The translations under genes and the position numbers were made by a program. The notes beneath the pieces are model-generated. The model was not told the origin of the DNA, searched no databases, and saw only the letters and a program-made list of their open reading frames with translations. Below, one piece after another: positions 8,602-20,300 of a stretch of 64,000 nucleotides of DNA (position 1 is the stretch's first letter; each line of letters opens with the position of its first letter). Source of the DNA: an uncultured Hormoscilla sp. (GTDB taxonomy: Bacteria > Cyanobacteriota > Cyanobacteriia > Cyanobacteriales > Desertifilaceae); NCBI GenBank assembly GCA_963921275.4, contig OZ001293.3, positions 2,336,001-2,400,000 on the forward strand. Reading direction: 5' to 3'.

Positions 8602-9681
8602 ATGAATAGAATCAATGGCTTGTCATTATTACCAGGAGATATTGGGGATATCGAGACCAAGGCGGTACTCAAAAAGTTAATTACTGCTCACCAGGCGTTA
8701 GCAGAACTGAAAGGGGTGGCTAATAGTATTCCCAATCGGGAAATTTTAATTAACACATTATCCTTGCAGGAAGCTAAAGATAGTTCGGCGATCGAAAATA
8801 TTATTACTACCCAAGATGATTTATATCGTAGTGACAGTCAGGTGCAGCAGTTCGTGACCGCCGCAGCCAAAGAAGTACATAACTATGCTACGGCCCTACG
8901 TGAGGGGTTTAACCAGCTTCAAAAAACGGGATTATTAACGGAACGTCAGATATTAGAAATTCACGCCACGATCGAGGGAAATAACGCGGGTTTCCGCAAG
9001 CTTCCGGGTACTACCCTAAAAAACGATGCAACGGGGGAGGTGGTTTATACACCGCCACAAAATTATGAAGAGATTAAAACTTTGATGGCTAATTTGGAAA
9101 AATTCATTAATGATGACAGGCTTTGTGATTGGGACTCATTGACGAAAATGGCGGTAATTCACCATCAGTTTGAGAGTATCCATCCATTTTACGACGGAAA
9201 TGGTAGAACAGGGCGAATTGTTAATGTTTTGTACTTAGTAAAACAAAATTTACTGAAAACTACTGTACTTTATTTAAGTCGTTATATTAATCAAACCCAA
9301 ACACAATATTATGAATTGCTGCAATTTACTCGGAAAACGACAGATTGGGAACCTTGGGTAATCTATATCTTAGAAGGGGTCAAAAAAACTTCGCTACAAA
9401 CAGTTGAGTTGATTGAAGGAATTAAAGGGCTGATGCTGTCACACAAGCATTTCATTCGTAATGAACTACCTAAGGTATACAGTCAAGATTTACTCAATAA
9501 TTTGTTTAGGCATCCTTACATTAAGATTGACTTCGTCCAGAATGAGTTGAGAGTGAGTCGGGTGACAGCAACGAAATATTTGGAGGAGTTGGTGAGAATA
9601 GGTTTACTAAAAAAGCTAAAGATGGGACGTGAAAATTACTATATTAATGTTGCTTTATACAACCTGTTAGCGGGACTTTAA
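8602..9681 (+). CDS. Fic family protein
   Basis: HPFYDGNGRTGR Fic motif; N-terminal EAKDSSAIENI. Confidence 0.93.
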   Translation: MNRINGLSLLPGDIGDIETKAVLKKLITAHQALAELKGVANSIPNREILINTLSLQEAKDSSAIENIITTQDDLYRSDSQVQQFVTAAAKEVHNYATALREGFNQLQKTGLLTERQILEIHATIEGNNAGFRKLPGTTLKNDATGEVVYTPPQNYEEIKTLMANLEKFINDDRLCDWDSLTKMAVIHHQFESIHPFYDGNGRTGRIVNVLYLVKQNLLKTTVLYLSRYINQTQTQYYELLQFTRKTTDWEPWVIYILEGVKKTSLQTVELIEGIKGLMLSHKHFIRNELPKVYSQDLLNNLFRHPYIKIDFVQNELRVSRVTATKYLEELVRIGLLKKLKMGRENYYINVALYNLLAGL

Positions 9682-9974
9682 GCTGTCGGGTGGGCACCTC
9701 CCACCAGCAGCAGGCTGTAACCATACTGAGTTAGAGGACTACCGGTCCGGTTTTCTGGACTACCGGTGAAATACCCGGCGCAAAAGTGAGATTACCCAGT
9801 CCCGTTAGGGAATATGTATAGAAAATAGATAAAATCTATGCATATCGGAAAAACATGTATAGAAAATGGCTTTTTCTATACATGTTGCAGCACTGAATCA
9901 ATAATAACAATCGGAAAACATAATTAAAAATTAAATATACCATATTAAGTCACTGATGTATCGCACTTATCAAG

Positions 9975-11292
9975 ATTTCCGATGGGTTATCGCCGCGCAA
10001 TTTGTGGTGATTTTAAGCAGTTTTATGAGGTATAGAGTGAAGCACCGGAATTTCTGAAACAGCAAGTTGGCAGTTTTTCTCGCCATGCTACACTAGAGTA
10101 GATAACGGGACAAGTTATTATGGGTAAAATCTCACATTCAGGCGATCGCACTTATCGGAAGTTCCTACAAGATATGAAAACCCAGGTCGTTAAAATGCCA
10201 AATCTCCAACAGTTGGAGAAATTACTTGGGGCCACAATATTCTGAGACAAACCCGATCGGGGTAGCAACTTATCAGCAGGATTCGCAGGTGCCGTCAGAA
10301 TATCAGGGATTATTGCCAACGGATTCTGATTGGCAGCGATTTAAGAAGTCAGCGTTGCCGTCCGATTTTTCCGGGACGGTGGATGATAATTGATAAATTA
10401 TGACACCACTAGAGTTAAGAGAAAAAGGCTATAATAATTTAGTTAGCAATTTAGGACAGGTGGATGCAATTCGCTTTTTACAACAGATGGGATGGGGGCA
10501 TGGTGACTATACCTAAGAAAGAGGCGAGATTTTGGATTATGTAACGCGGGAGTAATTTTGGCAGGATTTGCAGAGGATTAGAGATAGAAAATAATTGTTA
10601 AAAGACGTGAAATGTTTTTCTAGCAGTCGGGTATGATAATGAGTAAGCATCAATTAGCGCTCAACAATAGTCAAGTGCCAGAAGGTTATAAAAAAACTGA
10701 GGTTGGGGTGATTCCTGAAAAGTGGAAAACAATGGTATTTTCAGAAATTGCTTCGTGCCGAAAAGAGCGTATAGACCCCAGAAAATCAGGGACTCAAGAG
10801 TTTTGTATTGAGCTAGAACATATTGAATCAGGGACGGGAAGATTGCTAGGGAATACGCAAACGGGATATCAGTCGTCTCTGAAAGCTGTTTTTCAACCCG
10901 GTGATGTTTTATTTGGTAAGTTGAGATCTTATTTACGGAAGTATTGGCTTGCAGATCGTGAAGGAGTTTGTTCAACTGAGATCTGGGTATTAGTTGCAAA
11001 TTCATCACGAGCGCTATCTGAATTTTTATATCAAATTGTCACAACTGAACAGTTTATCGATATTGCTAGCATTGCCTACGGTACACATATGCCGCGCTCT
11101 GATTGGAACTTAGTCAAAAACTATAATGTTGCAGTTCCACCAGTAAAAGAACAATGCGCGATCGCCCAAACCCTATCGGACGTGGATGGGCTGATAGCAG
11201 CACTGGATCAGGTGATCGCCAAAAAGCGCAACATCAAAACCGCCACCATGCAGGAACTCCTCACCGGCAAGAAACGCCTGCCGGGGTTTGGC
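9975..11292 (+). repeat. ~1.3-kb direct duplication; second copy ~15348-16653, including the hsdS 5' half
   Basis: Near-identical nucleotide sequence until CCGGGGTTTGG, where TRD2 diverges. Confidence 0.92.
10400..10594 (+). pseudogene. Small antitoxin-like gene remnant with two internal stops; duplicated at ~15761-15955
   Basis: MTPLELREKGYIILVSNLGQVDAIRFLQQMGWGHGDYT*ERGEILDYVTRE*FWQDLQRIRDRK. Confidence 0.6.
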
Positions 11293-11961
11293 GAGGGGAA
11301 AGGTTATAAAAACACTGAGGTTGGGGTGATTCCTAAAGATTGGGATGTGGCATCTCTTGTTGATGTCAGTATTAATGGCGGTCTTGTACGAGGGCCTTTT
11401 GGTGGGGCATTAAAAAAAGAATTTTTCGTTAAAAGTGGTTATAAGGTTTATGAGCAGCGCAATGCAATATATCGAAGTATAGAGATTGGTAATTATTTTA
11501 TAGACTCGAAAAAGTTTAATGATTTAAGGAGATTTAAAATTAGCGAAGGAGATCTAATTGTGAGTTGTTCTGGAACCATAGGCTGTATTTACAAAATTCC
11601 TGAAGGAGCGCCACAAGGTGTAATTAATCAAGCATTGCTGAAAATAACCCTTAACAATAATTTAATAGATAGTAATTTATTTTTAGCTGTTTTCTGTTGT
11701 GACAAGTTTCAAGAAAAAATTACTGAAAATTCTCACGGCGGAGCTATGCAAAATTTAGTGGAAATGGATACATTTAAGAATACTTTATTGCAGTTGCCAT
11801 CGTTTCTAGAACAAAAAGCGATCGCATCTATACTCTCGGACATGGATGCCGAAATAGCGGCCTTAGAAAAGCGCCGCGCCAAAACCAAAGCCATGAAGCA
11901 AGGCATAATGCAGGAACTCTTAACCGGAAAAACCCGACTCATCGTTCCCAACAATCCTTAA
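10633..11961 (+). CDS. hsdS: Type I R-M specificity subunit, copy 1
   Basis: GYKKTEVGVIP start, two TRDs, conserved EQxAIA...MQELLTGK helices. Confidence 0.95.
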   Translation: MIMSKHQLALNNSQVPEGYKKTEVGVIPEKWKTMVFSEIASCRKERIDPRKSGTQEFCIELEHIESGTGRLLGNTQTGYQSSLKAVFQPGDVLFGKLRSYLRKYWLADREGVCSTEIWVLVANSSRALSEFLYQIVTTEQFIDIASIAYGTHMPRSDWNLVKNYNVAVPPVKEQCAIAQTLSDVDGLIAALDQVIAKKRNIKTATMQELLTGKKRLPGFGEGKGYKNTEVGVIPKDWDVASLVDVSINGGLVRGPFGGALKKEFFVKSGYKVYEQRNAIYRSIEIGNYFIDSKKFNDLRRFKISEGDLIVSCSGTIGCIYKIPEGAPQGVINQALLKITLNNNLIDSNLFLAVFCCDKFQEKITENSHGGAMQNLVEMDTFKNTLLQLPSFLEQKAIASILSDMDAEIAALEKRRAKTKAMKQGIMQELLTGKTRLIVPNNP

Positions 11962-12001
11962 ACCGCAAACCGCCATCTAAAAACAACCAGGAGAAAATAT
12001 C

Positions 12002-12541
12002 ATGAGCAACGTCGGACAAAGGAAATTCGCTACTCAAAAACGAGTTATCCAACTCTTTGAACAGCAACTCGGTTACTCAGATCTGGGATACTGGCACAAC
12101 CGCCAGCACAACCGCAACATTGAAACAGAATTCCTGAGCCAATGGTTGAGTAAGCGATGTACGACGGGCAGTACGAGTAGTGCGCCCGGAGTACATCGAA
12201 GAGGCGTTAGCGATACCCTGATTAACAAAACCCTGCGGGAACTCGATCGCGCCGCCGCCCTGGCAGACACCCAAAACCTTTACGACGCTAACAAAGCAGT
12301 CTATCGTCTCCTCCGCTACAGTGTTAAGGTCAAAGAAGGGGCCCGACAACAAACCCAAACTGTCTGGCTCATCGACTGGAAACATCCCGAAAATAATCAT
12401 TTCGCGATCGCCAAAGAAGTCACCATTAAAGGCCAACAAGACAAAGGCCCAGATCTCGTTATTTATGTCAACCCGAGAGAGTCAAATAAACCCGGTTTCA
12501 AGGGCTACCACCCGAATTTCCTATGGGTTCTGACCGCGTAA
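12002..12541 (+). pseudogene. hsdR: Truncated hsdR 5' fragment with a 45-bp in-frame palindromic insertion
   Basis: Matches 17389 hsdR up to PDLVIYVN, then runs into repeat DNA. Confidence 0.9.
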
Positions 12542-12595
12542 TTTGTGGTTCATCAGATGCAACATGGTGCTGTTTGGTGGGATGGCTATAGGCTC

Positions 12596-12960
12596 TTACC
12601 AAATGGGTGCGAGATTCAGGACAAAACCCGGGAAAACTGTTTCCCCTGATAGAGTCACGGGATTCTCAATCACTTCCACCTCTTGATTTGGACGATAAAT
12701 TTCTACTTGCCTGGTTCTGCGATTAATTAACCAACCCAAGCGCATCCCCCGGTATTCTCTCATCTTCGACTGCGTTGAAGGCAAGCTGTCACTGGGAGAA
12801 AGTAATTCCACGATAAAATCAGGACAAAGATGAGGAAATCTCTGTTGTTCGGAAATCGTCAAGCTATTCCAGCGTTCCAGTCTCACCCATGCAGCATCAG
12901 GCGATCGGTCGGCCCCCGACGGCAGCTTAAAACCTCCTGATGAATCGAAGGCAACCCCCT
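12596..12960 (-). pseudogene. Uma2 (DUF820) endonuclease, 5'-truncated
   Basis: FDSSGGFKLPSGADRSPDAAWV...CPDFIVELLSPSD...RLGWLIN; N-terminus missing. Confidence 0.85.
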
Positions 12961-13040
12961 ATATAATATAGGATGTAAGTACATCCCAGATATAGTTTAC
13001 TGTCCCGGGGATTTGTCATGCATGGTATTAGCCATCAAAT

Positions 13041-13817
13041 ATGAATTTAAACAATCCTGAATTACAGGAACATCTGGTAAAACAAAGTCAGCAAATTCAG
13101 CAGAAATTTAACCGCGCCATAGAACTTGCTGGTAATGATGCTATACTCAGACAAGAAACTATTGAGAATCTGCGGCTAAACAAGCAGGGAAGTTTGAGTA
13201 CGAGGGCGCTAGAAGCATCTCTCGGAGACTTAGTTGATTTTCTGGAGCGATATAGCCAAAGAGTTTCCGGTGACTTTGCTTCTCGGTTTCGGCGTATGCA
13301 CAGACAAAACGCAGATCCATTTCAAGCAGAATCAGAGTTACGCACCGCTGAAGACATTTTGGAAGAGAGGACAATACTTGGAGAGAACTGCTCAATTGAA
13401 GGATTACCTGAAAATTAGAGTCGCAGTACTCCCGAGTACAAAGTAACAGATAAAGATGGTGAAAACCGCCTGGTAGAAGTCAAAAGGATTGGCGAACCAG
13501 GTCAACCGCTTTCCAAAACGGGTATCGATCGAAACCTCAGAGCAGCCTTCAGCCAGATTAAGAGTCAAGCTGAGCAAACTTTTGAAAGAGAAGGCTTTGT
13601 CCGTATTGATGCGTCTCATACAGGGAGTAGCAATGTTACTCCCGAAAACATTCGGAGATTAATCAAGGGGAGACTGGTTTTTCAAAGAGTCAACAAAAAA
13701 GTAATTAACTTTGTTAAGTGGGTTGAGGTTCTCTATAACGACAATACAGGTACAGCTCGCAGACTACTGTTTAAATTTGAGAATGGGGAACTGACTATCT
13801 ACGCAAATGAGGATTGA
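13041..13817 (+). pseudogene. Putative PD-(D/E)xK nuclease toxin with one in-frame TAG at 13416-13418
   Basis: The frame continues past the stop: SRSTPEYKVTDKDGENRLVEVKRIG...RNLRAAFSQIKSQ...FVRIDAS, to TGA at 13815-13817. Confidence 0.6.
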
Positions 13818-13819
13818 CC

Positions 13820-14470
13820 ATGAAAACAATTGAAACACCAACACAAACTATACTGGAACCGCTTTGGGACACTTGGAGTCGAAAGAAGTATGCTGGAGCA
13901 TGGGACATCGCTCCGGCTTGCGATTTTACCTCTGCTTCTCCCCAAGAGGTAAATGAGTGGATCGCCACCAGTCTGGTTGATACCCTCGATGCCTTTTCTC
14001 ATCTAGTACGCCCTTGGAAAATGGAATTCGGCGCTATTTACAGAGATGATGTAGATAATGTTGTTCTGGAATGGCATCGAGAGCTAACCTATGACTCGTA
14101 TATAAAACAAGCGATCGCCGAAATCAGAGAGTTCCCAGCACCTATCTATTCCCTCGATATGGAAGTAAATTTATTTGCCTATTGCCGCACCTATGATTCT
14201 CCTGATAAGCCAGTTAGAAGTTGGGTCCGTGTTCCTACTTCTTTCTCGATCTCAGGGGGAATGGCAGAAGACTTGGAACTTTACTTATCTTTTGGTATTG
14301 AACATACCTTGTTTTGCCGGTGGTCTGCTAAAGGCTTCGATAATAATGTGCTTCATTCTCTCAATCAACCACTGCTGGAGAAAGCCCTCCGCCGCTGGGA
14401 AAAAAGAGTTGGTTCTATTGTTGAATTCGAGGGATTTTCGGGAATTTATAAGTACGGTTTCCAGGACTAA
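13820..14470 (+). CDS. Hypothetical protein, putative immunity partner of the upstream toxin
   Basis: ATG begins 2 nt after the toxin stop; 216 aa, acidic and aromatic-rich. Confidence 0.6.
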   Translation: MKTIETPTQTILEPLWDTWSRKKYAGAWDIAPACDFTSASPQEVNEWIATSLVDTLDAFSHLVRPWKMEFGAIYRDDVDNVVLEWHRELTYDSYIKQAIAEIREFPAPIYSLDMEVNLFAYCRTYDSPDKPVRSWVRVPTSFSISGGMAEDLELYLSFGIEHTLFCRWSAKGFDNNVLHSLNQPLLEKALRRWEKRVGSIVEFEGFSGIYKYGFQD

Positions 14471-14643
14471 TACCATACCGGGTTTCTGAGCTAACGGTCT
14501 GGGTTGGAGGACTACCGGTGAAATACCCGGCGCAAAAGTGAGATGTCCCCACCCGACCGACCGAAAAGTCCCTCTGAGAAAGGGCTAGTTCCCTGAAGCA
14601 TTAACGCTTACTCGATTCTATGATAACCTAGTAGGGTGGGCAC

Positions 14644-15091
14644 GGGTGTGGTCAAAAGTAGTTGTATTAGTAGAAAAATATTCACGAAAAACGGTGAACG
14701 GTTGCCAACAATGGCAAGACCACACCCGACCGAGAGGTTTAAAACCAAAACCGAGAGGTTTAAAAACAAAACCGAGAGGTTTAAAAACAAAACCGAGAGG
14801 TTTAAAACCAAAACCGAGAGGTTTAAAACCAAAACCGAGAGGTTTAAAACCAAAACCGAGAGGTTTAAAACCAAAACCGAGAGGTTTAAAACCAAAACCG
14901 TGGGGCACAGGTTAAATTGGGTGCGGTCACAAGTAGTTGATATCCAGGTGCATCGCCCGATGCATGTAATAGAGCCCGCGCGGCGTTAGCTGATTTTTCC
15001 GGAACGGTAGGGCGGGCAATGTTGCGGAGTAGCCGGACCATGCACGGGTTCGGGCAGCGAGGCCTCCTACCAACGGGTTTTGACCATATCC
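14644..15091 (+). mobile_element. Composite MITE (unit 14644-14727, array B, unit 14919-15091) with a 9-bp target-site duplication
   Basis: GGTGGGCAC at 14635-14643 and 15092-15100; ends GGGTGTGGTCA / TGACCATATCC; inserted in a GTAGGGTGGGCACCGCCC REP-like palindrome. Confidence 0.75.
14730..14900. repeat. 21-bp tandem array B (CCGAGAGGTTTAAAA(C/A)CAAAA x8)
   Basis: Read directly. Confidence 0.95.
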
Positions 15092-15993
15092 GGTGGGCAC
15101 CGCCCATCAGCAGCAGGCTGTTACTATACTAGGTTCCTGGCCTACCGGTCTGGGTTGGAGGACTACCGGTGAAATACCCGGCGCAAAAGTGAGATATCCC
15201 CACCCGATCGCCCCTAGATATCGCACTTATACTCCGAACGGTATCGCGCCCCGATCGCGAAAAGACCCCCTACCGGGTTTGGAGCGAGGATTTTCGCATA
15301 CCCACCGAGATAGTCAAAGAAACCCGGTTTCAAGGCAAGGGCTCGGAATTTCCTATGGGTTATCGCCGCGCTGTGGTTCATTAAGCAGTTTTATGAGGTC
15401 TAGAGTGAAGCACCGGAATTTCTGAAACAGCAAGTTGGCAGTTTTTCTCGCCATACTACACTAGAGTGGACGGGTTATTATGAGTAAAATATCACCTTCA
15501 GGCGATCGCACTTATCGGAAGTTCCTACAAGATATGAAAACCCAGGTCGTTAAAATGCCAAATCTCCAACAGTTGGAGAAATTACTTGGGGCCACAATAT
15601 TCTGAGACAAACCCAGATCGGGGTAGCAACTTATCAGCAGGACCCGCAGGTGCAGTCAGAATATCAAAGATTATTGCCAACGGATTCTGATTGGCAGCGA
15701 TTTAAGAAGTCAGCGTTGCCGTCCGATTTTTCCGGAACGGTGGAGGATAATTGATAAATTATGACACCACTAGAGTTAAGAGAAAAAGGCTATAATAATT
15801 TAGTTAGCAATTTAGGACAGGTGGATGCAATTCGCTTTTTACAACAGATGGGATGGGGGCATGGTGACTATACCTAAGAAAGAGGCGAGATTTTGGATTA
15901 TGTAACGCGGGAGTAATTTTGGCAAGATTTGCAGAGGATTAGAGATAGAAAATAATTGTTAAAAGACGTGAAATGTTTTTCTAGCAGTCGGGT

Positions 15994-17271
15994 ATGATAA
16001 TGAGTAAGCATAAATTAGAGATCGACAATAGTCAAGTGCCAGAAGGTTATAAAAAAACTGAGGTTGGGGTGATTCCTGAAGAGTGGAAAACAATGGTATT
16101 TTCAGAAATTGCTTCGTGCCGAAAAGAGCGTATAGACCCCAGAAAATCAGGGACTCAAGAGTTTTGTATTGAGCTAGAACATATTGAATCAGGGACGGGA
16201 AGATTGCTAGGGAATACGCAAACGGGATATCAGTCGTCTCTGAAAGCTGTTTTTCAACCCGGTGATGTTTTATTTGGTAAGTTGAGATCTTATTTACGGA
16301 AGTATTGGCTTGCAGATCGTGAAGGAGTTTGTTCAACTGAGATCTGGGTATTAGTTGCAAATTCATCACGAGCGCTATCTGAATTTTTATATCAAATTGT
16401 CACAACTGAACAGTTTATCGATATTGCTAGCATTGCCTACGGTACACATATGCCGCGCTCTGATTGGAACTTAGTCAAAAACTATAATGTTGCAGTTCCA
16501 CCAGTAAAAGAACAATGCGCGATCGCCCAAACCCTATCGAACGTGGATGGCCTGATAGCAGCACTGGATCAGGCGATCGCCAAAAAGCGCAACATCAAAA
16601 CCGCCACCATGCAGGAACTCCTCACGGGCAAGAAACGCCTGCCGGGGTTTGGTGATGAGTGGCATGAGGTATTACTAGGAGAGTTAGGAGTTTTTTCTAA
16701 AGTATCTGGAATTAAAAAAGATGATGTATTGGATTACGGATTTGCTTGTATTAGATATGGGGAAATATACACAAAACATTATGATTTTATAAAAGATTTT
16801 TATTCATTCATATCAGAAGAAATAGCGAACAATAGTCAAGTTATAAAATCAGGCGATCTGCTTTTTGCTGGTTCTGGTGAAACCGCAGAAGAAATAGGAA
16901 AATGTGTGGCGTTCTTGAAGGAAAAAATAGCTTATGCAGGAGGCGATATAATTATATTTTCACCCAAAGAACAAGACTCAATGTTTTTGGGGTATCTTAT
17001 GAACTATGAGTCAATCGTCAGGCAGAAAGCAAGAATGGGGCAAGGAGATGCTGTTGTTCATATTCAGGCTAAGAATTTAGCGCAATTGCAATTTAATTTG
17101 CCGTCATTAGAAGAACAACGCGCGATCGCCTCTATCCTGTCGGACATGGATGCGGAAATAGCCGCCTTAGAAAAGCGCCGCGCCAAAACCAAAGCCATGA
17201 AGCAAGGCATGATGCAGAAACTATTAACCGGAAAAACTCGACTCATCGATCCAAACAATCCTTGTAATTAA
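15994..17271 (+). CDS. hsdS: Type I R-M specificity subunit, copy 2 (same TRD1 as copy 1, different TRD2)
   Basis: Conserved HsdS helices; lies directly upstream of the intact hsdR. Confidence 0.95.
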   Translation: MIMSKHKLEIDNSQVPEGYKKTEVGVIPEEWKTMVFSEIASCRKERIDPRKSGTQEFCIELEHIESGTGRLLGNTQTGYQSSLKAVFQPGDVLFGKLRSYLRKYWLADREGVCSTEIWVLVANSSRALSEFLYQIVTTEQFIDIASIAYGTHMPRSDWNLVKNYNVAVPPVKEQCAIAQTLSNVDGLIAALDQAIAKKRNIKTATMQELLTGKKRLPGFGDEWHEVLLGELGVFSKVSGIKKDDVLDYGFACIRYGEIYTKHYDFIKDFYSFISEEIANNSQVIKSGDLLFAGSGETAEEIGKCVAFLKEKIAYAGGDIIIFSPKEQDSMFLGYLMNYESIVRQKARMGQGDAVVHIQAKNLAQLQFNLPSLEEQRAIASILSDMDAEIAALEKRRAKTKAMKQGMMQKLLTGKTRLIDPNNPCN

Positions 17272-17388
17272 GCCCGCGCAGGCGGGCTTTGTAAGTCTAG
17301 CCCCACCCTTTAGGGTGAGGGCGACGGGTAGCTAAACTTGTATTGAAATGCACCCAATAATCATCTAAAACAACCAGGATAAAATACC

Positions 17389-20300
17389 ATGAGCAACGTC
17401 GGACAAAGTGAATTCACTACTCAAAAACGAGTTATCCAACTCTTTGAACAGCAACTCGGTTACTCAGATCTGGGATCCTGGCACAACCGCCAGCACAACC
17501 GCAACATTGAAACAGAATTCCTGAGCCAATGGTTGAGCAAGCGAGGCGTTAGCGATACCCTGATTAACAAAACCCTGCGGGAACTCGATCTAGCCGCCGC
17601 CCTGGGAGACAAAAACCTTTGCGATGCTAACAAAGCAGTCTATTGTCTCCTCCGCTACGGTGTCAAGGTCAAAGAAGGGGCCCGACAACACCAAACTGTC
17701 TGGCTCATCGACTGGAAACATCCCGAAAATAATCACTTCGCGATCGCCAAAGAAGTCACCATTAAAGGCAAACAGGACAAACGCCCGGATCTCGTTATTT
17801 ATGTCAACGGCATCGCCCTGGGCATCCTCGAACTCAAACGGGCTAGCGTTTTCATCAGCGAAGGCATCCGCCAAAACCTGGACAACCAGAAAGCCGAATT
17901 TATCCGCCCCTTCTTCACCACCATGCAACTGGTAATGGCCGGGAACGATAGCCAAGGACTCCGCTACGGCACCATCGAAACCTCAGAAAAATATTACCTG
18001 GAATGGAAGGAACCTGGCAAGAACCCCAAGGACTTCCTCCTGGACTGGCATCTCCGACTTCTGTGCAACAAAACCAGATTTTTAGAACTTCTCCACGACT
18101 TCATCATCTTTGACAAGGAGGAAAAAAAGATCTGTCGCCATAACCAATACTTCGGCATCAAGGATGCCCAGGAATGCATCCGCCGCCGCCAGGGTGGCAT
18201 CATCTGGCACACCCAAGGTTCCGGTAAAAGCCTGACTATGGTTTGGCTGGCAAAATGGATCCGGGAAAATGCTACCGATGCCCGAGTTCTCATTGTCACC
18301 GATCGCACGGAACTGGACGATCAGATCGAAAGCATATTCAAAGGCGTAGATGAAGATATCTACCGCACCCAAAGCAGTGCCGATCTGATTGCAACCCTCG
18401 ATCGCACGACCCCCTGGCTGATTTGTTCCCTAATTCAGAAATTCGGCAGCCGGGAAAACGAAGCTAGCGATGAATTTATCCGAGACTTGCAAAGCCAACT
18501 CCCCAGCAATTTTACTCCCAAAGGCAACCTGTTCGTCTTCGTAGATGAATGTCACCGCACTCAGTCAGGAAAACTCCACGCAGCCATGAAGCAGATCCTT
18601 CCCAATGCTTTGTTTATCGGCTTTACGGGCACCCCGCTGCTGAAAAAAGACAAGCAGAAAAGCATCGAAATCTTCGGTGACTACATCCACAGCTACAAAT
18701 TTCATGAAGCCGTCGCCGATGGCGTCATTCTCAATCTGCACTACGAAGCCCGGGATATCGATCAAAATATTACCTCCCAAGAGAAAATAGACCAGTGGTT
18801 TGAAGCCAAAACCCGGGGACTCACCGACTCCGCCAAAAGTCAACTGAAACGGAAATGGGCAACCATGCAAAAAGTACTCTCCAGCAAGTCCCGCCTGGAA
18901 CAAATTGTTAGAGACATTCTCTTAGACATGGAAACCAAACCCCGCCTCGCGGACGGACGCGGCAATGCCATGTTAGTCTGTTCCAGTATATATCAAGCCT
19001 GCAAAGCTTGGAAACTTTTTAGCCAAATCCACCTGGCAGGTAAATGCGCCATTATCACTAGCTACAAACCCTCCCCCACGGATATTAAAGGAGAAGAAAC
19101 AGGTGCGGGTTCCACGGAGAAGCAGCATCAATACGACATTTACCGCCAAATGCTGGCTGACTACTTTCAGGAACCAGCAGATCAAGCCATGTATCGGGTG
19201 GAGGAGTTTGAAAGTAAAGTCAAGGAATGCTTTATCAACAACCCCGAACAGATGCGCCTGTTGATCGTAGTGGATAAATTATTGACAGGTTTCGATGCGC
19301 CCCCCGCTACCTACCTTTACATCGACAAGAAAATGCGCGATCATGGTTTATTCCAAGCTATCTGCCGCGTCAACCGCCTGGATGGCGAGGATAAGGAATA
19401 CGGTTATATTGTTGATTATAAAGACCTGTTCCAACAACTGCAAGAGGCGATGACTGACTACACTAGCGGTGCCTTCGATGGTTACGATGCTAGGGATATT
19501 GCCGGACTTTTGAGCGATCGCCTCACCAAAGGGCGCGATCGCCTCTCAGAGACCCTCGAAACTGTGAGGGCCCTGTGCGAACCCGTTCCCCGTCCCTCGG
19601 ATCTCCAAGACTACCTACATTATTTCTGTGGTCCAGACACTAGCGATAAAAATGCCCTTGCCAACAACGAACCCAAACGGGTTGTCCTCTACAAGTGCGT
19701 CAACCGATTAATTCGCGCCTATGCCAACATCGCCAATGAAATGCCCGAAGCAGGTTACAGTAAAGTCAAAGCCGCAAAAATAAAAGCCGAGGTCAAGCAT
19801 TACAGTGAAATGTGCCAAGCAATCAAAATTGCTAGCGGCGACTACCTGGACATGAAACTATACGAACCCGCCATGCGTGACCTCCTGAATAGCTATATCC
19901 AGGCAGAAAATCCTGTTAGCGTCTCGGACTTTGAAGAACTGAATTTAATTCAATTAATCCTCCAAAATGGGGCGATAGCCTTAGAACAGCTACCCGATAA
20001 GTTAAAGCAAGACTGGGAAACCGTGGCCTATACAATTGAGAACAATCTCCGTAAAATTATCACCTCCGAGAGTCCTGTCAACCCCAAATATTACGATCAA
20101 ATGTCAGAACTGCTGGATGCCTTAATCGCACAGCGCCGGCAACAGGCGATCGACTATCACGAGTATCTGGAGAAAGTCAAGCAACTGGCCCAACAGATCC
20201 TGCAACCTGAAGATTCCTCCGCCTATCCCGAATCACTGGATACCCCTGCCAAGCGATCGCTCTATGATAACTTAGGAAAAGATGAAGATTTGGCACTTGC

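Noticed and set aside
14608..14989. ORFs in several frames across array B (similarly arrays A and C)
   Set aside because: Open frames follow automatically from a stop-free 21-bp period; there is no RBS or flanking domain evidence, so they are not called as CDS.
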